DNA of 64,000 bases from a virus (Duplodnaviria > Caudoviricetes): the IMG/VR virus record IMGVR_UViG_3300020044_007046, positions 2,102 to 66,101 of that record; one strand, 5' to 3'. Shown here in pieces: positions 52,938 through 64,000 of the stretch. The first letter of the stretch is position 1; each line of letters starts with the position of its first letter. The position numbers and the translations under genes were made by a program. The notes beneath the pieces were generated by a model. The model saw nothing but the letters and a program-made list of their open reading frames with translations, was not told where the DNA came from and ran no database searches.

Positions 52938-55900
52938 ATGGCAACAAATAAGATTATTCTTAAGAAATCATCGGTAGTAGGTAAAGTTCCTGTTACAAGT
53001 GATCTCGAGTATGGCGAGTTAGCCATTAATTATGCTGATGGCAGAATTTATTTCAAAGCATCTGATAATTCAGTAAAGTATTTTAAAGACTTAGCTAGTA
53101 TTAGCTTAGATAATTTATCAGACGTAACAGTCTCAAGCCCTGTCAATGGACAGGCACTAATATACAACGGCAGTAACTGGGTTAATAGTAACCCAGGCGG
53201 TACTGCCTTTAATGCGAATACCAGATACTATACTGGTAATGGAAGTACGACTACATATATAGTCACACCAGGTATAACTGCTGAAAGTTTCCTAGTATTC
53301 GTTGGTGGTATTTCGCAAGATGCCAATACTGATTTCTCGGTAGCCGGTGGATACATTACTTTTTCTAGCGCGCCTCCTGTTGGTCTAAAAATCGTTATCA
53401 AAGAACTAACAGGCCACTTGGTTGGTACAGGCTTACAAGGTCCCAAAGGTGATCCAGGCGATCCTGGTATTAATATTGCTGCTATAACTGGCAGTTTAAT
53501 TCCTGCAACAGATCAAACATATGACATTGGCTCACCAACAAAACGTTGGAAAACTGGTTACTTTGCAGCTAACACAATTGATTTGGGTGGTACACCTATT
53601 TCAGCTTCAGGTGGATTCTTAGTTGTTGACGGGCAAAGTATTGGTTACGGAGCAACCGGACCAACAGGTCCAACAGGTCCAGCTGGTGTATCTGGCGTCC
53701 AAGGTGAGGCATCTACAGTACCAGGACCACAAGGTGGTGACGGTCCAACAGGACCCGCTGGTGTAGCTGGAGCAGACGGCCCACAAGGACCACAAGGCCC
53801 CACAGGTGATCAAGGTATTCAAGGCATTGTAGGTCCAACAGGTGCTCAAGGTATTCAAGGTATTCAAGGTGTTGACGGAATACAAGGTATACAAGGCCCA
53901 ACAGGTGCCCAAGGTATACAAGGTGTTACAGGACCCACAGGTCCAACAGGTGCTCAGGGTATACAAGGTATACAAGGTGTTACAGGTCCTACAGGTGCAC
54001 AAGGTATTCAAGGTGAAGTAGGCCCTACAGGTTCTCAAGGCGTCCAAGGTATTCAAGGCATACAAGGTGAAGTAGGCCCAACCGGTGCTCAAGGCATACA
54101 AGGTATCCAAGGCGTTACAGGTCCTACTGGTGCTCAGGGTATACAAGGCGTTCAAGGTGAAGTAGGCCCCACAGGTGCACAAGGCGTACAAGGTATCCAA
54201 GGCGTTACAGGACCAACAGGTGCTCAAGGTATACAAGGCGTTACAGGACCAACAGGCGCTCAAGGTATACAGGGCGAAGTAGGCCCAACAGGACCACAAG
54301 GTATTCAAGGTGTACAGGGCGACATAGGCCCCACAGGTGCACAAGGCATACAAGGCGTTACAGGTCCTACTGGTGCTCAGGGTATACAGGGTATACAAGG
54401 TGAAATAGGTCCTACTGGTGCTCAGGGTATACAAGGTATTCAGGGCATACAAGGTGTTACAGGTCCTACAGGCGCTCAAGGTATACAGGGCGAAGTAGGC
54501 CCAACAGGACCACAAGGTATTCAAGGTATACAAGGCGACATAGGCCCTACAGGTGCACAAGGTATCCAAGGTATTCAAGGTGTAACAGGCCCTACAGGTG
54601 CACAAGGTATTCAAGGTATTCAAGGTATTCAAGGTGTAACAGGTCCTACAGGTGCTACAGGTCTTGGGTTTGCAATTGCTAAAACTTACGCAAGCGTAGC
54701 TGCACTAACAGCCGACACAGCTCCAACAGGAATTGTTGCAGGTCAGTTTGCTGTAATTAATACAGGCAACGTAGAAAATCCAGAAGATTCTAGACTATAT
54801 TTATGGAACGGCACAAGCTATACATATACAATTGATCTTAGCGGAGCAAGCGGTTTACAAGGACCACAAGGTACTCAGGGTATTCAAGGTAATCAGGGTG
54901 TTACAGGCCCTACAGGTGCACAAGGACCTACAGGTGCTCAAGGTGTCAACGGCGTTATAGGCGTTGATGGTGCTACAGGCCCCACAGGTGCTCAAGGTAT
55001 TCAGGGTATTCAAGGCATCCAAGGTATTCAAGGCGTTACAGGTCCTACAGGTGCTCAAGGCGTTAACGGTGTTATCGGTGTCGATGGTGCTACAGGCCCT
55101 ACAGGGGCTCAGGGTATTCAAGGTGTTACAGGTCCTACTGGTGCTCAGGGTCCAACAGGTGCACAAGGCACTAATGGTGTTATAGGCGTTGATGGTGCCA
55201 CAGGTCCTACAGGCCCACAAGGTATACAAGGTATTCAAGGTATCCAAGGCGTTCAAGGTATCCAAGGACCCACAGGTGCTCAGGGTACTAATGGTGTTAT
55301 AGGTGTTGACGGTGCCACAGGTCCTACAGGCCCACAAGGTATACAAGGTATTCAAGGTATCCAAGGTATTCAAGGTGTTACAGGACCTACAGGTGCACAA
55401 GGCGTTAACGGTGTTATAGGTGTTGACGGTGCTACAGGTCCTACAGGTGCACAAGGTATTCAAGGTGTTGCGGGACCCACAGGTTCACAGGGTACGCAAG
55501 GTATTCAAGGCGTACAGGGTATACAAGGTCCCACAGGTGCTCAAGGCGTTCAAGGTCCCACAGGTGCTCAAGGTGCAGATTCTACTGTAGCAGGTCCCAC
55601 AGGTTCTCAAGGTGTTACTGGCCCCACAGGTGCTCAAGGTACGCAAGGTGCTGTAGGACCTACAGGCCCACAAGGTATTCAGGGTATTCAAGGTGTACAG
55701 GGTGTTGCAGGTGCAGATTCTACTGTAGCAGGTCCTACAGGTTCTCAAGGTCTTACAGGTCCAACAGGTGCTCAAGGACCACAAGGTCCAGCAGGTACTG
55801 GAAGCCCATTTATTATTACCACAGAAAGTTTTACTGGCAACGGTAGTGCTACCACATACACAATTAATGCAGGCTATACTACTGATAGTTTATTAGTAAT

Positions 55901-58625
55901 AGTTAACGGATCAGTACTAAAACCAACAAGTGATTATACACTAAGTGGAACAACACTTACATTTGTGGTTGCACCAGAAAACGGACAAGAAATTGTAGTT
56001 CGTGAAATGATTGGTGATGGTCCAACAGGACCACAAGGATCGCAAGGTATTACAGGACCCACAGGTCCACAAGGTACTAATGGTATTATAGGTGCTGATG
56101 GAGCAACAGGTCCAACAGGTTCAACAGGTCCAACAGGTGCTCAAGGGGCTGCATCAACAGTTGCAGGACCCACAGGACCACAAGGTACTCAGGGTACTGC
56201 AGGTGTTGCAGGACCCACAGGTTCACAAGGCGTACAAGGCCTTCAAGGCGTTCAAGGTGATGTAGGTCCCACAGGTCCACAAGGTACGCAAGGTGTAGCA
56301 GGCCCAACAGGTGCTGCCGGAACTAATGGCGTTATTGGAGTTGACGGCGCTACAGGGCCTACAGGCTCTACAGGGCCCACAGGTCCTGGCGGAACTGGGA
56401 TGCCTTTTACAGTTATTAGTAAAAACTTTACTGGTGACAATACTACTGTTAACTTTACAATCGATGCTGGTTATACAATTGATAACTTACTAGTTGTTGT
56501 AAACGGTATTGTATTAAAAGCTGTTAGTGATTATACACTAAGCGGAACTATACTTACATTTGCCAGTGCGCCTAAAACAGATCATGAGATCGTAGTGCGT
56601 GAAATGATGGGCGATGGTCCAACAGGTCCAGCAGGTTCTCAAGGCTCACAAGGTACTACAGGTCCAACAGGTGCACAAGGCGTACAAGGTATTGCAGGAC
56701 CAACAGGTCCACAAGGCATCCAAGGTACTCAAGGTATTCAAGGTGTACAAGGTATTCAAGGCAATGACGGTGCTACAGGACCAACAGGTTCTCAAGGGCC
56801 AACAGGAGCTGCAGGAACTAATGGTACTATAGGTGTTAATGGGGCTACAGGCCCAACAGGAGCACAAGGTAACACAGGTCCAACAGGTCCACAAGGTACA
56901 AATGGCACTATAGGTGTTGACGGTGCTACAGGTCCCACAGGACCCACAGGTGCTTCTGGTCTTGGATTTACAATAGCTAAAACATATGCTAGCGTAGCTG
57001 CACTAACAGCCGACACTGCACCAACAGCTATTGTTGCAGGGCAGTTTGCAATCATTGATACTGGTGATGTAAACAATGCCGAAACTTCCAGACTATACTT
57101 ATGGAATGGATCTAGTTATACATATGTAACTGATCTTAGTGGTGCACAAGGTATTCAAGGTTCAACAGGGCCAACAGGTATTCAAGGTACGCAAGGTATC
57201 ACAGGACCCACAGGTGCTAATGGTATCCAAGGTATTCAAGGTGTAGCAGGCCCAACAGGTGCCACAGGTGCTCAAGGCTTAACAGGTCCTACAGGTGCTG
57301 ACGGTTTAGCAGGTCCCACAGGTGCTCAAGGATCTGCAGGCCCAACAGGTAGCCAGGGTCCACAAGGTATTCAAGGTGTTGCAGGTACTACAGGACCACA
57401 AGGTCCAAGCGGTATTGGTAGTCCCTTTACAGTTACTACAAAAGCTTTTACTGGTGACGGTACTACTGTTAACTTTACAGTTGACAGTGGCTATACAGTT
57501 GATAGTTTACTGGTAACAGTTAGCGGTGTTGTATTAAAACCAACTAGTGATTATACATTAAGCGGAACTACACTGACATTTGTAAGTGCGCCAGGAGCCA
57601 GTCAAGATATTGTAGTTCGTGAAATGCGTGGCGATGGTCCAACAGGTCCAGCAGGTACAGCAGGTACAAATGGTACTATAGGCAATGACGGAGCTACAGG
57701 TCCTACAGGTCCTCAAGGTAACACAGGCCCAACAGGTCCTCAAGGTAACACAGGCCCAACAGGTGCTACAGGCTCTACTGGTACTACAGGACCAACAGGC
57801 CCAGGTGGTATAGGTATGCCGTTTACTGTGGTTACAGAAACCTTTACAGGTAACGGAACAACTACAGCCTTTACAGTTAATAGTGGTTATACTATAGATA
57901 ACTTACTAGTTGTTGTAAACGGCTTGTTAATTAAACCAACTACTGATTATACACTAAGCGGAACAACACTAACATTTACAACTGCTCCAGATGACGGAAA
58001 CGAAATTGTAGTACGTGAAATGATGGGTGACGGACCAACAGGACCACAAGGTTTACTTGGTCCAACAGGACCACAAGGTGTACAAGGTATCCAAGGTATC
58101 CAAGGTATCCAAGGCGTTACAGGTCCAACAGGTAGTCAAGGTTTAACAGGTCCAACAGGTGCTGATTCAACTGTGGCTGGTCCAACAGGTCCAACAGGTA
58201 GTCAAGGTTTAACAGGTCCAACAGGTGCTGATTCAACTGTGGCTGGTCCAACAGGTCCAACAGGTAGTCAAGGTATTCAAGGTCCGGCAGGTGGTCCAAC
58301 AGGACCAACAGGTACTATAGGTCCAACAGGTCCGGCCGGCACTAATGGTATAATAGGCGTTAATGGAGCTACAGGCCCTACAGGTCCTGCAGGTACAACC
58401 TATATTAGTGATACAGTGCCTAGTAGTCCTATTACTGGACAACTATGGATGGATTCTACTAGTGGAGAGTTTTACATATATACAGGTAGTACCTGGGTTA
58501 TCGCGGTTGGAGCAGCCGGAGCAGCCGGAGCAGCTGGTCCAACAGGATCGGCAGGACCAACAGGACCCGCGGGATCTGGATCAACAGCAAAAACTTTAGG
58601 CTATTCACTAGTCTTTGGAGGATAA
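52938..58625 (+). CDS. Giant collagen-like tail fibre/spike protein (1895 aa)
   Basis: Long Gly-X-Y tracts (GPTGAQGIQ) interrupted by repeated globular modules; KIILKKSS...[11 protein letters not shown]-terminus. Confidence 0.85.
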   Translation: MATNKIILKKSSVVGKVPVTSDLEYGELAINYADGRIYFKASDNSVKYFKDLASISLDNLSDVTVSSPVNGQALIYNGSNWVNSNPGGTAFNANTRYYTGNGSTTTYIVTPGITAESFLVFVGGISQDANTDFSVAGGYITFSSAPPVGLKIVIKELTGHLVGTGLQGPKGDPGDPGINIAAITGSLIPATDQTYDIGSPTKRWKTGYFAANTIDLGGTPISASGGFLVVDGQSIGYGATGPTGPTGPAGVSGVQGEASTVPGPQGGDGPTGPAGVAGADGPQGPQGPTGDQGIQGIVGPTGAQGIQGIQGVDGIQGIQGPTGAQGIQGVTGPTGPTGAQGIQGIQGVTGPTGAQGIQGEVGPTGSQGVQGIQGIQGEVGPTGAQGIQGIQGVTGPTGAQGIQGVQGEVGPTGAQGVQGIQGVTGPTGAQGIQGVTGPTGAQGIQGEVGPTGPQGIQGVQGDIGPTGAQGIQGVTGPTGAQGIQGIQGEIGPTGAQGIQGIQGIQGVTGPTGAQGIQGEVGPTGPQGIQGIQGDIGPTGAQGIQGIQGVTGPTGAQGIQGIQGIQGVTGPTGATGLGFAIAKTYASVAALTADTAPTGIVAGQFAVINTGNVENPEDSRLYLWNGTSYTYTIDLSGASGLQGPQGTQGIQGNQGVTGPTGAQGPTGAQGVNGVIGVDGATGPTGAQGIQGIQGIQGIQGVTGPTGAQGVNGVIGVDGATGPTGAQGIQGVTGPTGAQGPTGAQGTNGVIGVDGATGPTGPQGIQGIQGIQGVQGIQGPTGAQGTNGVIGVDGATGPTGPQGIQGIQGIQGIQGVTGPTGAQGVNGVIGVDGATGPTGAQGIQGVAGPTGSQGTQGIQGVQGIQGPTGAQGVQGPTGAQGADSTVAGPTGSQGVTGPTGAQGTQGAVGPTGPQGIQGIQGVQGVAGADSTVAGPTGSQGLTGPTGAQGPQGPAGTGSPFIITTESFTGNGSATTYTINAGYTTDSLLVIVNGSVLKPTSDYTLSGTTLTFVVAPENGQEIVVREMIGDGPTGPQGSQGITGPTGPQGTNGIIGADGATGPTGSTGPTGAQGAASTVAGPTGPQGTQGTAGVAGPTGSQGVQGLQGVQGDVGPTGPQGTQGVAGPTGAAGTNGVIGVDGATGPTGSTGPTGPGGTGMPFTVISKNFTGDNTTVNFTIDAGYTIDNLLVVVNGIVLKAVSDYTLSGTILTFASAPKTDHEIVVREMMGDGPTGPAGSQGSQGTTGPTGAQGVQGIAGPTGPQGIQGTQGIQGVQGIQGNDGATGPTGSQGPTGAAGTNGTIGVNGATGPTGAQGNTGPTGPQGTNGTIGVDGATGPTGPTGASGLGFTIAKTYASVAALTADTAPTAIVAGQFAIIDTGDVNNAETSRLYLWNGSSYTYVTDLSGAQGIQGSTGPTGIQGTQGITGPTGANGIQGIQGVAGPTGATGAQGLTGPTGADGLAGPTGAQGSAGPTGSQGPQGIQGVAGTTGPQGPSGIGSPFTVTTKAFTGDGTTVNFTVDSGYTVDSLLVTVSGVVLKPTSDYTLSGTTLTFVSAPGASQDIVVREMRGDGPTGPAGTAGTNGTIGNDGATGPTGPQGNTGPTGPQGNTGPTGATGSTGTTGPTGPGGIGMPFTVVTETFTGNGTTTAFTVNSGYTIDNLLVVVNGLLIKPTTDYTLSGTTLTFTTAPDDGNEIVVREMMGDGPTGPQGLLGPTGPQGVQGIQGIQGIQGVTGPTGSQGLTGPTGADSTVAGPTGPTGSQGLTGPTGADSTVAGPTGPTGSQGIQGPAGGPTGPTGTIGPTGPAGTNGIIGVNGATGPTGPAGTTYISDTVPSSPITGQLWMDSTSGEFYIYTGSTWVIAVGAAGAAGAAGPTGSAGPTGPAGSGSTAKTLGYSLVFGG

Positions 58626-58626
58626 A

Positions 58627-58998
58627 ATGGCAGCACCAAATTTAATTGGAGCAACAACAATAACAGGCAAGACAAGTGGCACTAGTTTAACAACAACTAG
58701 TGCCACTAGTGTGCTAAGCAATGCAGCGAGTAGCGGCAAATGTTTAAAGGTTAATACACTAAACGTTGCCAATACTACAAGCACAGCGGCTACAATTACT
58801 GTTGCATATTACAATGCAGCAGCTATTGGTGGTACTGCTTTTGCAATAGTCGGAACACTTCAAGTTCCAGCAAATTCAACAATCAACGTAATTGACAAAT
58901 CAAGTCAATACTACTTAGAAGAAAATTCTAGTTTAGGTGCTACTGCAGGTACTGCTAACGCACTCGTAGTAACCGTAAGTTACGAGGATATAAGTTAA
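58627..58998 (+). CDS. Small virion-associated protein
   Basis: MAAPNLIGATTITGKT...; GGAGG RBS; TAATG coupling to the next gene. Confidence 0.6.
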   Translation: MAAPNLIGATTITGKTSGTSLTTTSATSVLSNAASSGKCLKVNTLNVANTTSTAATITVAYYNAAAIGGTAFAIVGTLQVPANSTINVIDKSSQYYLEENSSLGATAGTANALVVTVSYEDIS

Positions 58999-59810
58999 TG
59001 ACTAAAAGATACATCGGTGGGATTTTATCTGCAAATATGCTGAATGTTAGTGCTACCGGTGCATCAGGTATCTGGAGCCCTAGTATGGCTGCAGGATATC
59101 GAGCAGGGTATAAATGGCCTGGTACATTAGTACCTGTAGATTACTTTATGGTAGGCGGTGGCGGTGGTGCTACTGGCGGAGTTAGTAGTGTAAACTATGG
59201 TTCTGGTGGTGCAGGTGGAGTTGTACGTACAAGTACTGGTGTATTTTTTGTTCCTGGTGTTACTTATACTGTTACAGTAGGTGCTGGTGGATCTGGTGGC
59301 ACTTCAACTACTCCAGGCACAAGTTCTATTATTAGTGGAACTGGAATTACAACTGTATCTGCTACTGGCGGTAGTGGTGCTAGCAATGGTTTTGCTGGTG
59401 CAAATAACGCTGATTTTGCTGGTGCAGCTTCAGGAAGTGGGCAATACGCTGCTGGTGGCGGAGCCGGTGCTGGTGGAAATGGCGTAAATCAAAACGGTGG
59501 TATTGGTGTATCAAATTCTTGGACAGGCGCTGCTGTGTTTTATGGTGGCGGAGGTGGCGGTGGACCAGACGGTACTGGTGGCAGTGGTGTTGGGGGTGTG
59601 GCTGGCGGAGGATCCGGTATAGCTAATAGCGGAGGTGGTGCTGGTGGTAGCGGTTCACAAGGACCTTATGGTTCTGGTGGATCAGGAGTTGTATTATTCA
59701 GAGAACCTGAAACACGAACACTTGCTACAACAACTGGCAGCCCAACAATAACTATAAGCAATGGTTACAGAATATATAAGTTTACTGCTTCTGGAACAAT
59801 TATATTTTAA
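58998..59810 (+). CDS. Glycine-rich domain protein
   Basis: VGGGGG...GGAGG...GSGVV...IYKFTASGT. Confidence 0.7.
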   Translation: MTKRYIGGILSANMLNVSATGASGIWSPSMAAGYRAGYKWPGTLVPVDYFMVGGGGGATGGVSSVNYGSGGAGGVVRTSTGVFFVPGVTYTVTVGAGGSGGTSTTPGTSSIISGTGITTVSATGGSGASNGFAGANNADFAGAASGSGQYAAGGGAGAGGNGVNQNGGIGVSNSWTGAAVFYGGGGGGGPDGTGGSGVGGVAGGGSGIANSGGGAGGSGSQGPYGSGGSGVVLFREPETRTLATTTGSPTITISNGYRIYKFTASGTIIF

Positions 59811-59822
59811 TAGGTAAATAAT

Positions 59823-61610
59823 ATGGCTTTTTCATTTCCTAGCAGTCCTGCACTAAATCAGACTTACACTTTTAACAACAGTATTTGGACTTACAATGGC
59901 AAAGGCTGGAGTAAGGCAAGTGCTGGCGGAGGTGCTTCTGTTACTGTAAGTGATACAGCTCCTACAAGCCCTACTGAAGGTGCTGTTTGGCTGGCCTCTG
60001 ATACTGGCGAACTATACGTATATGCAGCAAGTAACTGGGTTTTAGCAAACGGCATGAGTTTGACTAACTTAGAGTTATCAGGCTCATATACTAAACTGCC
60101 AAGCGGTACTACTGCTGAACGGCCTAGTTCCCCTGCAGTAGGTATGGTAAGATACAATACCACACTTAATGCAGCTGAATTTTATACAAACATTGGCTGG
60201 GTTCCTTATGGCAATCTTGCTATAAGCACAGTTAGCCCAACTATTTATAGTGGTGCATCAGGTACAAGTTTTACTATTAATGGTGGTGGTTTTGTTCCTG
60301 GAACTACTGTTAAATTTGTTAACGCAGCAGGTACAGCCTATACAGCAGGTACAGTAACTATCGATAGTTATGCTCGTATAACTGCTACTACGCCACAAAC
60401 CTTTGACGCTACACAAGGTCCACTGGATGTACGTGTAGAATCTCCAGGTGGATTTAGTGTAACACTAACAGATTGCATTAGTACGGGTACTGTTCCAGTA
60501 TGGTCAACAGCCGCAGGTAGTTTAGCTACTATTAGAGATGTAGAGCGTTTAACATATACGCCATTATCCGTAGTAGCTGTAGATTCCGATGCAGGTGCCA
60601 CAGTAACGTACTCATTAATTTCAGGATCAGTGCCAGCAGGCCTAACGCTAGCAAGCAACGGACAATTAACCGGCACACCAACTGCAGTGGTTTCAACAAC
60701 TACTAGCACATTTACAGTGCGTGCCTCCGATGGTGTAAATTCACCAAGTGATAGAACATTTAGTATTACAGTTAATGCTCCAGTTATAACAACATTGGAT
60801 TTTACTGGCTCATTACAAACATTCACAGTTCCTGCAGGCATTACAAAAATAAAAGTAACTGCTTGGGGCGGTGGTGGAAGCGGTGGTACAGTAGGTGGGT
60901 GGAGTGTTGGATCACCTGCCGGAGCTGGCGGATATGCAGAAGGCATATTAACAGTTACTCCTGGTAGCAGTATTTATGCACTTGTAGGTGGCGGAGCTGC
61001 CGTAAATAGTAGTACTAATGCTTATGGTGGTGGTGGTAGTACCAGCGATGGTGACAATCGTTATGGCGGATCTGGTGGTGGATACAGTGGCATATTTTCA
61101 AGCACCACAATAAACCAAACTAATGCAGTTATTATAGCCGGTGGCGGTGGCGGTGGTGGATCAAGCCGAGCTGGTGCAGGCAACGTTGGCGGAGCTGGCG
61201 GTGGCACTAGTGGCGTAGACGGTACTTCTGCATACGATTCAAAACCATTATATGCTGGTAAGGGCGGTACACAAAGTGCTGCAGGTGCTGATGCAAGTTC
61301 AGACGGTCCAGGGTACGCAGGCGGTCAAGGCGCACTACAAGGCGGACGTCCAAGAACAGGTGCTTATGGCGGAGCAGGCGGTGGTGGATATTATGGCGGT
61401 AGTGCGGGTGGATATAGTGAAGCCAATACCATGGCCGGTGGAGGAGGTGGTAGCGGATATGTTCATCCAACACTAGTTACTTCAGGAGTATTAACTGCTG
61501 GAAGTGGTACAACTCCTGGTAACGATACTTCTACACTTCGTGGTGGTAAAGGTGTTGGCGGAGCAGCTGGAGTGGCAGGAACAGCCGGACGTATAGTAAT
61601 TCAATATTAA
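59823..61610 (+). CDS. Glycine-rich virion protein with IPT/Ig-like domains
   Basis: MAFSFPSSP.LNQTY..., LPSGTTAERP motif, Ig repeats, Gly-rich C-terminus. Confidence 0.7.
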   Translation: MAFSFPSSPALNQTYTFNNSIWTYNGKGWSKASAGGGASVTVSDTAPTSPTEGAVWLASDTGELYVYAASNWVLANGMSLTNLELSGSYTKLPSGTTAERPSSPAVGMVRYNTTLNAAEFYTNIGWVPYGNLAISTVSPTIYSGASGTSFTINGGGFVPGTTVKFVNAAGTAYTAGTVTIDSYARITATTPQTFDATQGPLDVRVESPGGFSVTLTDCISTGTVPVWSTAAGSLATIRDVERLTYTPLSVVAVDSDAGATVTYSLISGSVPAGLTLASNGQLTGTPTAVVSTTTSTFTVRASDGVNSPSDRTFSITVNAPVITTLDFTGSLQTFTVPAGITKIKVTAWGGGGSGGTVGGWSVGSPAGAGGYAEGILTVTPGSSIYALVGGGAAVNSSTNAYGGGGSTSDGDNRYGGSGGGYSGIFSSTTINQTNAVIIAGGGGGGGSSRAGAGNVGGAGGGTSGVDGTSAYDSKPLYAGKGGTQSAAGADASSDGPGYAGGQGALQGGRPRTGAYGGAGGGGYYGGSAGGYSEANTMAGGGGGSGYVHPTLVTSGVLTAGSGTTPGNDTSTLRGGKGVGGAAGVAGTAGRIVIQY

Positions 61611-61619
61611 GGTATAATT

Positions 61620-62912
61620 ATGGCTTTTCAATTTCCAAGTAATCCAACCCTAAATCAAACATACACATACAATTCAATAACTTGGACATACAATGGCCGA
61701 GGCTGGTCAAGAAGTACATTTGGTACTTCCTCTTCAGTAATCACAGTTACACCTGCAAATGTCAGTGATCAAGCTAATACTAGCACAGGATATTTTAGTA
61801 TTCCCAAGGGCAGCACGGCCGAGCGCCCAGGTACTCCTAGCACAGGAATGGTTCGTTATAACAGTACCCTAAACATTGTTGAACAATACAACGGTACTAC
61901 TTGGGCCGCAGTTGGAGGAGAACCACCTGTAATAACTCCAGCATCAGTAAGTGATCAAGTAAATACAAGTACTGGATATTTTGATTTGCCAATGGGCACA
62001 ACAGCTCAAAGACCTGCAAGTCCTGCTAATGGATATACCCGTGTGAATACTACTACCTCTGCTCTTGAAATGTATTACGCAGGTACTTGGGCCACAATTA
62101 AAAGTGTAGGCATATCTTCTGCAACGGGCGGTACTGTTACCACAAGCGGAAATTTTAAGATACATACCTTTACTAGTTCTGCTAACTTTGTAGTTACTCA
62201 AGCTGGCGCATCTTTTGATATTTTAATGGTTGCTGGTGGCGGAGGTGGTGGTGGTTCTACTGGTGGCGGAGGTGGTGCAGGTGGCTTAATATATACCACT
62301 GGGGTAACACTTACTGAAAGTACTTATGCTCTTGTAGTGGGTGCAGGAGGTGCAGCTGGACCTAATCAAGGAGCCGCAGGGGACGGCTCTAATTCTACAG
62401 GATTTAGTTTAATAGCTGTAGGCGGAGGCAAAGGAGCGTTTAGTAACCCCAGTACTTTTGGATTAGCTGGTAATGGTGGTTCGGGTGGCGGTGCACAAAT
62501 GTATGAAGGTCGAGGCAATGTGACTGGTGGGCTTGGAACTTCTGGACAAGGTAACAATGGCGGAGCAGGGTTCAACGGTGCTGTTAATGGGGCGGCAGGT
62601 GGAGGTGGTGGAGCAGGGTTTGCAGGTGGAGCAGGTACTGCTGCAGGCGGTACTGGCAATGGCGGCAATGGCTTATCCGTTGATATTAGTGGTACGGCAA
62701 CTTATTACGCCGGTGGCGGTGGAGCAGGCTCAGGAGGCGTAGTCGGTACTGGTGGGCTTGGTGGAGGCGGAGCTGGTTGGAATGGTTCTTACGGTTTACC
62801 AGGCACTGTTAATACTGGCGGAGGCGGAGGTGGAGGCTGGAATTACTCAGGTGGATCTGGTGGTGGAGCAGGCGGCTCTGGAATTATAATAGTTAGATAT
62901 AGGTTTCAATAA
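61620..62912 (+). CDS. Glycine-rich virion protein, paralogous to the upstream gene
   Basis: MAFQFPSNP.LNQTY..., duplicated VSDQ.NTSTGYF..P.G.TA.RP unit, Gly-rich C-terminus. Confidence 0.7.
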   Translation: MAFQFPSNPTLNQTYTYNSITWTYNGRGWSRSTFGTSSSVITVTPANVSDQANTSTGYFSIPKGSTAERPGTPSTGMVRYNSTLNIVEQYNGTTWAAVGGEPPVITPASVSDQVNTSTGYFDLPMGTTAQRPASPANGYTRVNTTTSALEMYYAGTWATIKSVGISSATGGTVTTSGNFKIHTFTSSANFVVTQAGASFDILMVAGGGGGGGSTGGGGGAGGLIYTTGVTLTESTYALVVGAGGAAGPNQGAAGDGSNSTGFSLIAVGGGKGAFSNPSTFGLAGNGGSGGGAQMYEGRGNVTGGLGTSGQGNNGGAGFNGAVNGAAGGGGGAGFAGGAGTAAGGTGNGGNGLSVDISGTATYYAGGGGAGSGGVVGTGGLGGGGAGWNGSYGLPGTVNTGGGGGGGWNYSGGSGGGAGGSGIIIVRYRFQ

Positions 62913-62913
62913 T

Positions 62914-63270
62914 ATGGCACATTTTGCAAAAGTAACAGATGGCGTAGTAACACAAGTGATTGTTGCTGAGCCAGAATTTTTCGAAACATTCGTGGACACA
63001 AGTCCTGGCGAATGGATTCAAACATCATACAACACATATGGCGGTGTACATAAACTTGGGGGTACTCCTCTACGTAAAAACTTTGCAGGTATTGGGTACA
63101 CTTATAACGCTGCAGAAGACTGTTTTGTACCTCCAAAACCATTTGCTTCTTGGACACTGGATACTAATACTTGTTTATGGCAGCCTCCAGTACCTATGCC
63201 CACAGATAATAAATTTTATACGTGGAATGAATCCACACAAGCCTGGGACGAAATGCCAGCAATGGTTTAA
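62914..63270 (+). CDS. Conserved phage protein (MAHFAKV...WIQTSYN...LRKNFAGIG)
   Basis: Motif commonly found next to glycine-rich fibre genes. Confidence 0.7.
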   Translation: MAHFAKVTDGVVTQVIVAEPEFFETFVDTSPGEWIQTSYNTYGGVHKLGGTPLRKNFAGIGYTYNAAEDCFVPPKPFASWTLDTNTCLWQPPVPMPTDNKFYTWNESTQAWDEMPAMV

Positions 63271-63288
63271 TAAGTAAAGGATTACTCT

Positions 63289-64000
63289 ATGAGTATAGCA
63301 GCATATTTAGGTAAATTAGCCCAAGGCTTAAGCTCACAGGGTATTCTAGGTCCTGCAAAAGGCGGAACAGGTGTTTCAAGTCCTGGTGCTACTGGTAATG
63401 TATTAGTTTCTGACGGCACTAATTGGACTAGTCAAAATATACCGCTTGGAGCAACTGGTCCTACAGGGCCAGGTGGCTTGGGGTTTACTATTGCCAAGAC
63501 TTATGCCTCCGTAGCAGCATTAACAGCTGATACAGCTCCCACAGGGATTAGTGCAGGACAGTTTGCATTAATCGACACTGGCGATGCCAATAACGCAGAA
63601 AATTCACGGTTATATGTATGGACAGGTAGTACATATACATATACCAGTGATTTAAGTGGAGCACAAGGTATTGTAGGTCCAACAGGACCGCAAGGAACAA
63701 ATGGAACTATTGGTGTTAACGGCACTCAAGGACCTACGGGCCCAACAGGTCCTGCGGGAACTGCTGCCACAGGAGGTGCAAGTTTTTATACTGGCGATGT
63801 TGTACTAAGTGCTAATACAACGCAATATACTACCCCTACTTGGATTCAAGCACAAGGTCAAATGTTTGATACCGGCACTTATCCTGGCTTAGACACTCTG
63901 TACTCAACTAGTGGTAGTTATGATGGTATTGCTACACAAATATCACAAGCAGTACCCAGTGGCAGTTCAACTCCTATAAGTTTTACTACTACTGTAAGTG
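63289..64000 (+). CDS. Collagen-containing fibre protein, runs off the window end
   Basis: AAAGGA RBS, ATG at 63289; Gly-X-Y tracts and a third copy of the [13 protein letters not shown] module. Confidence 0.75.
   Translation, partial: MSIAAYLGKLAQGLSSQGILGPAKGGTGVSSPGATGNVLVSDGTNWTSQNIPLGATGPTGPGGLGFTIAKTYASVAALTADTAPTGISAGQFALIDTGDANNAENSRLYVWTGSTYTYTSDLSGAQGIVGPTGPQGTNGTIGVNGTQGPTGPTGPAGTAATGGASFYTGDVVLSANTTQYTTPTWIQAQGQMFDTGTYPGLDTLYSTSGSYDGIATQISQAVPSGSSTPISFTTTVS

Noticed and set aside
53228-58599. Numerous alternative-frame and antisense ORFs in the collagen gene (also within the tape measure, capsid and Gly-rich genes)
   Set aside because: Artefacts of Gly-X-Y and codon periodicity; low-complexity translations without RBS
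46546-64000. Diversity-generating retroelement template/variable repeat pair among the fibre repeats
   Set aside because: Differences between repeat copies are mostly synonymous and not adenine-specific, and no reverse transcriptase is present in the window

Overview
64 kb segment of a large T5-like (Demerecviridae-type organisation) tailed phage; the host is probably a freshwater betaproteobacterium (inference). From left to right: (1) 1-9.7 kb, a leftward early region with rubrerythrin/rubredoxin, a DUF4214 S-layer-like gene, a ClpP-like protease, 8 tRNAs, an LMW phosphatase, UvsE and a DUF5664 nucleotidohydrolase; (2) 9.8-17.5 kb, rightward early genes (SleB-like hydrolase, metallophosphoesterase, ThyX, MazG-like, D2, D3); (3) 17.5-24.4 kb, an AT-rich pre-early/terminal-repeat-like region with dmp and three A2 paralogues; (4) 24.5-64 kb, packaging, head, tail and very long collagen/glycine-rich fibre genes. 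The most striking unexplained structure lies in 15.9-24.4 kb. It holds an ~880-nt ORF-free minus-strand transcription unit (clean promoter and terminator, long-range helices) that contains a complete type I hammerhead ribozyme. It also holds a dispersed 13-bp motif (TGACCCTAAACTG) that supplies the ribozyme cleavage strand, and six copies of a palindrome-rich TTGACA-N18-TATAAT-GGCGC-hairpin cassette that point against the gene flow and punctuate the pre-early gene blocks. Family assignments come from recognising motifs and recalling T5 proteins; no database search was run.
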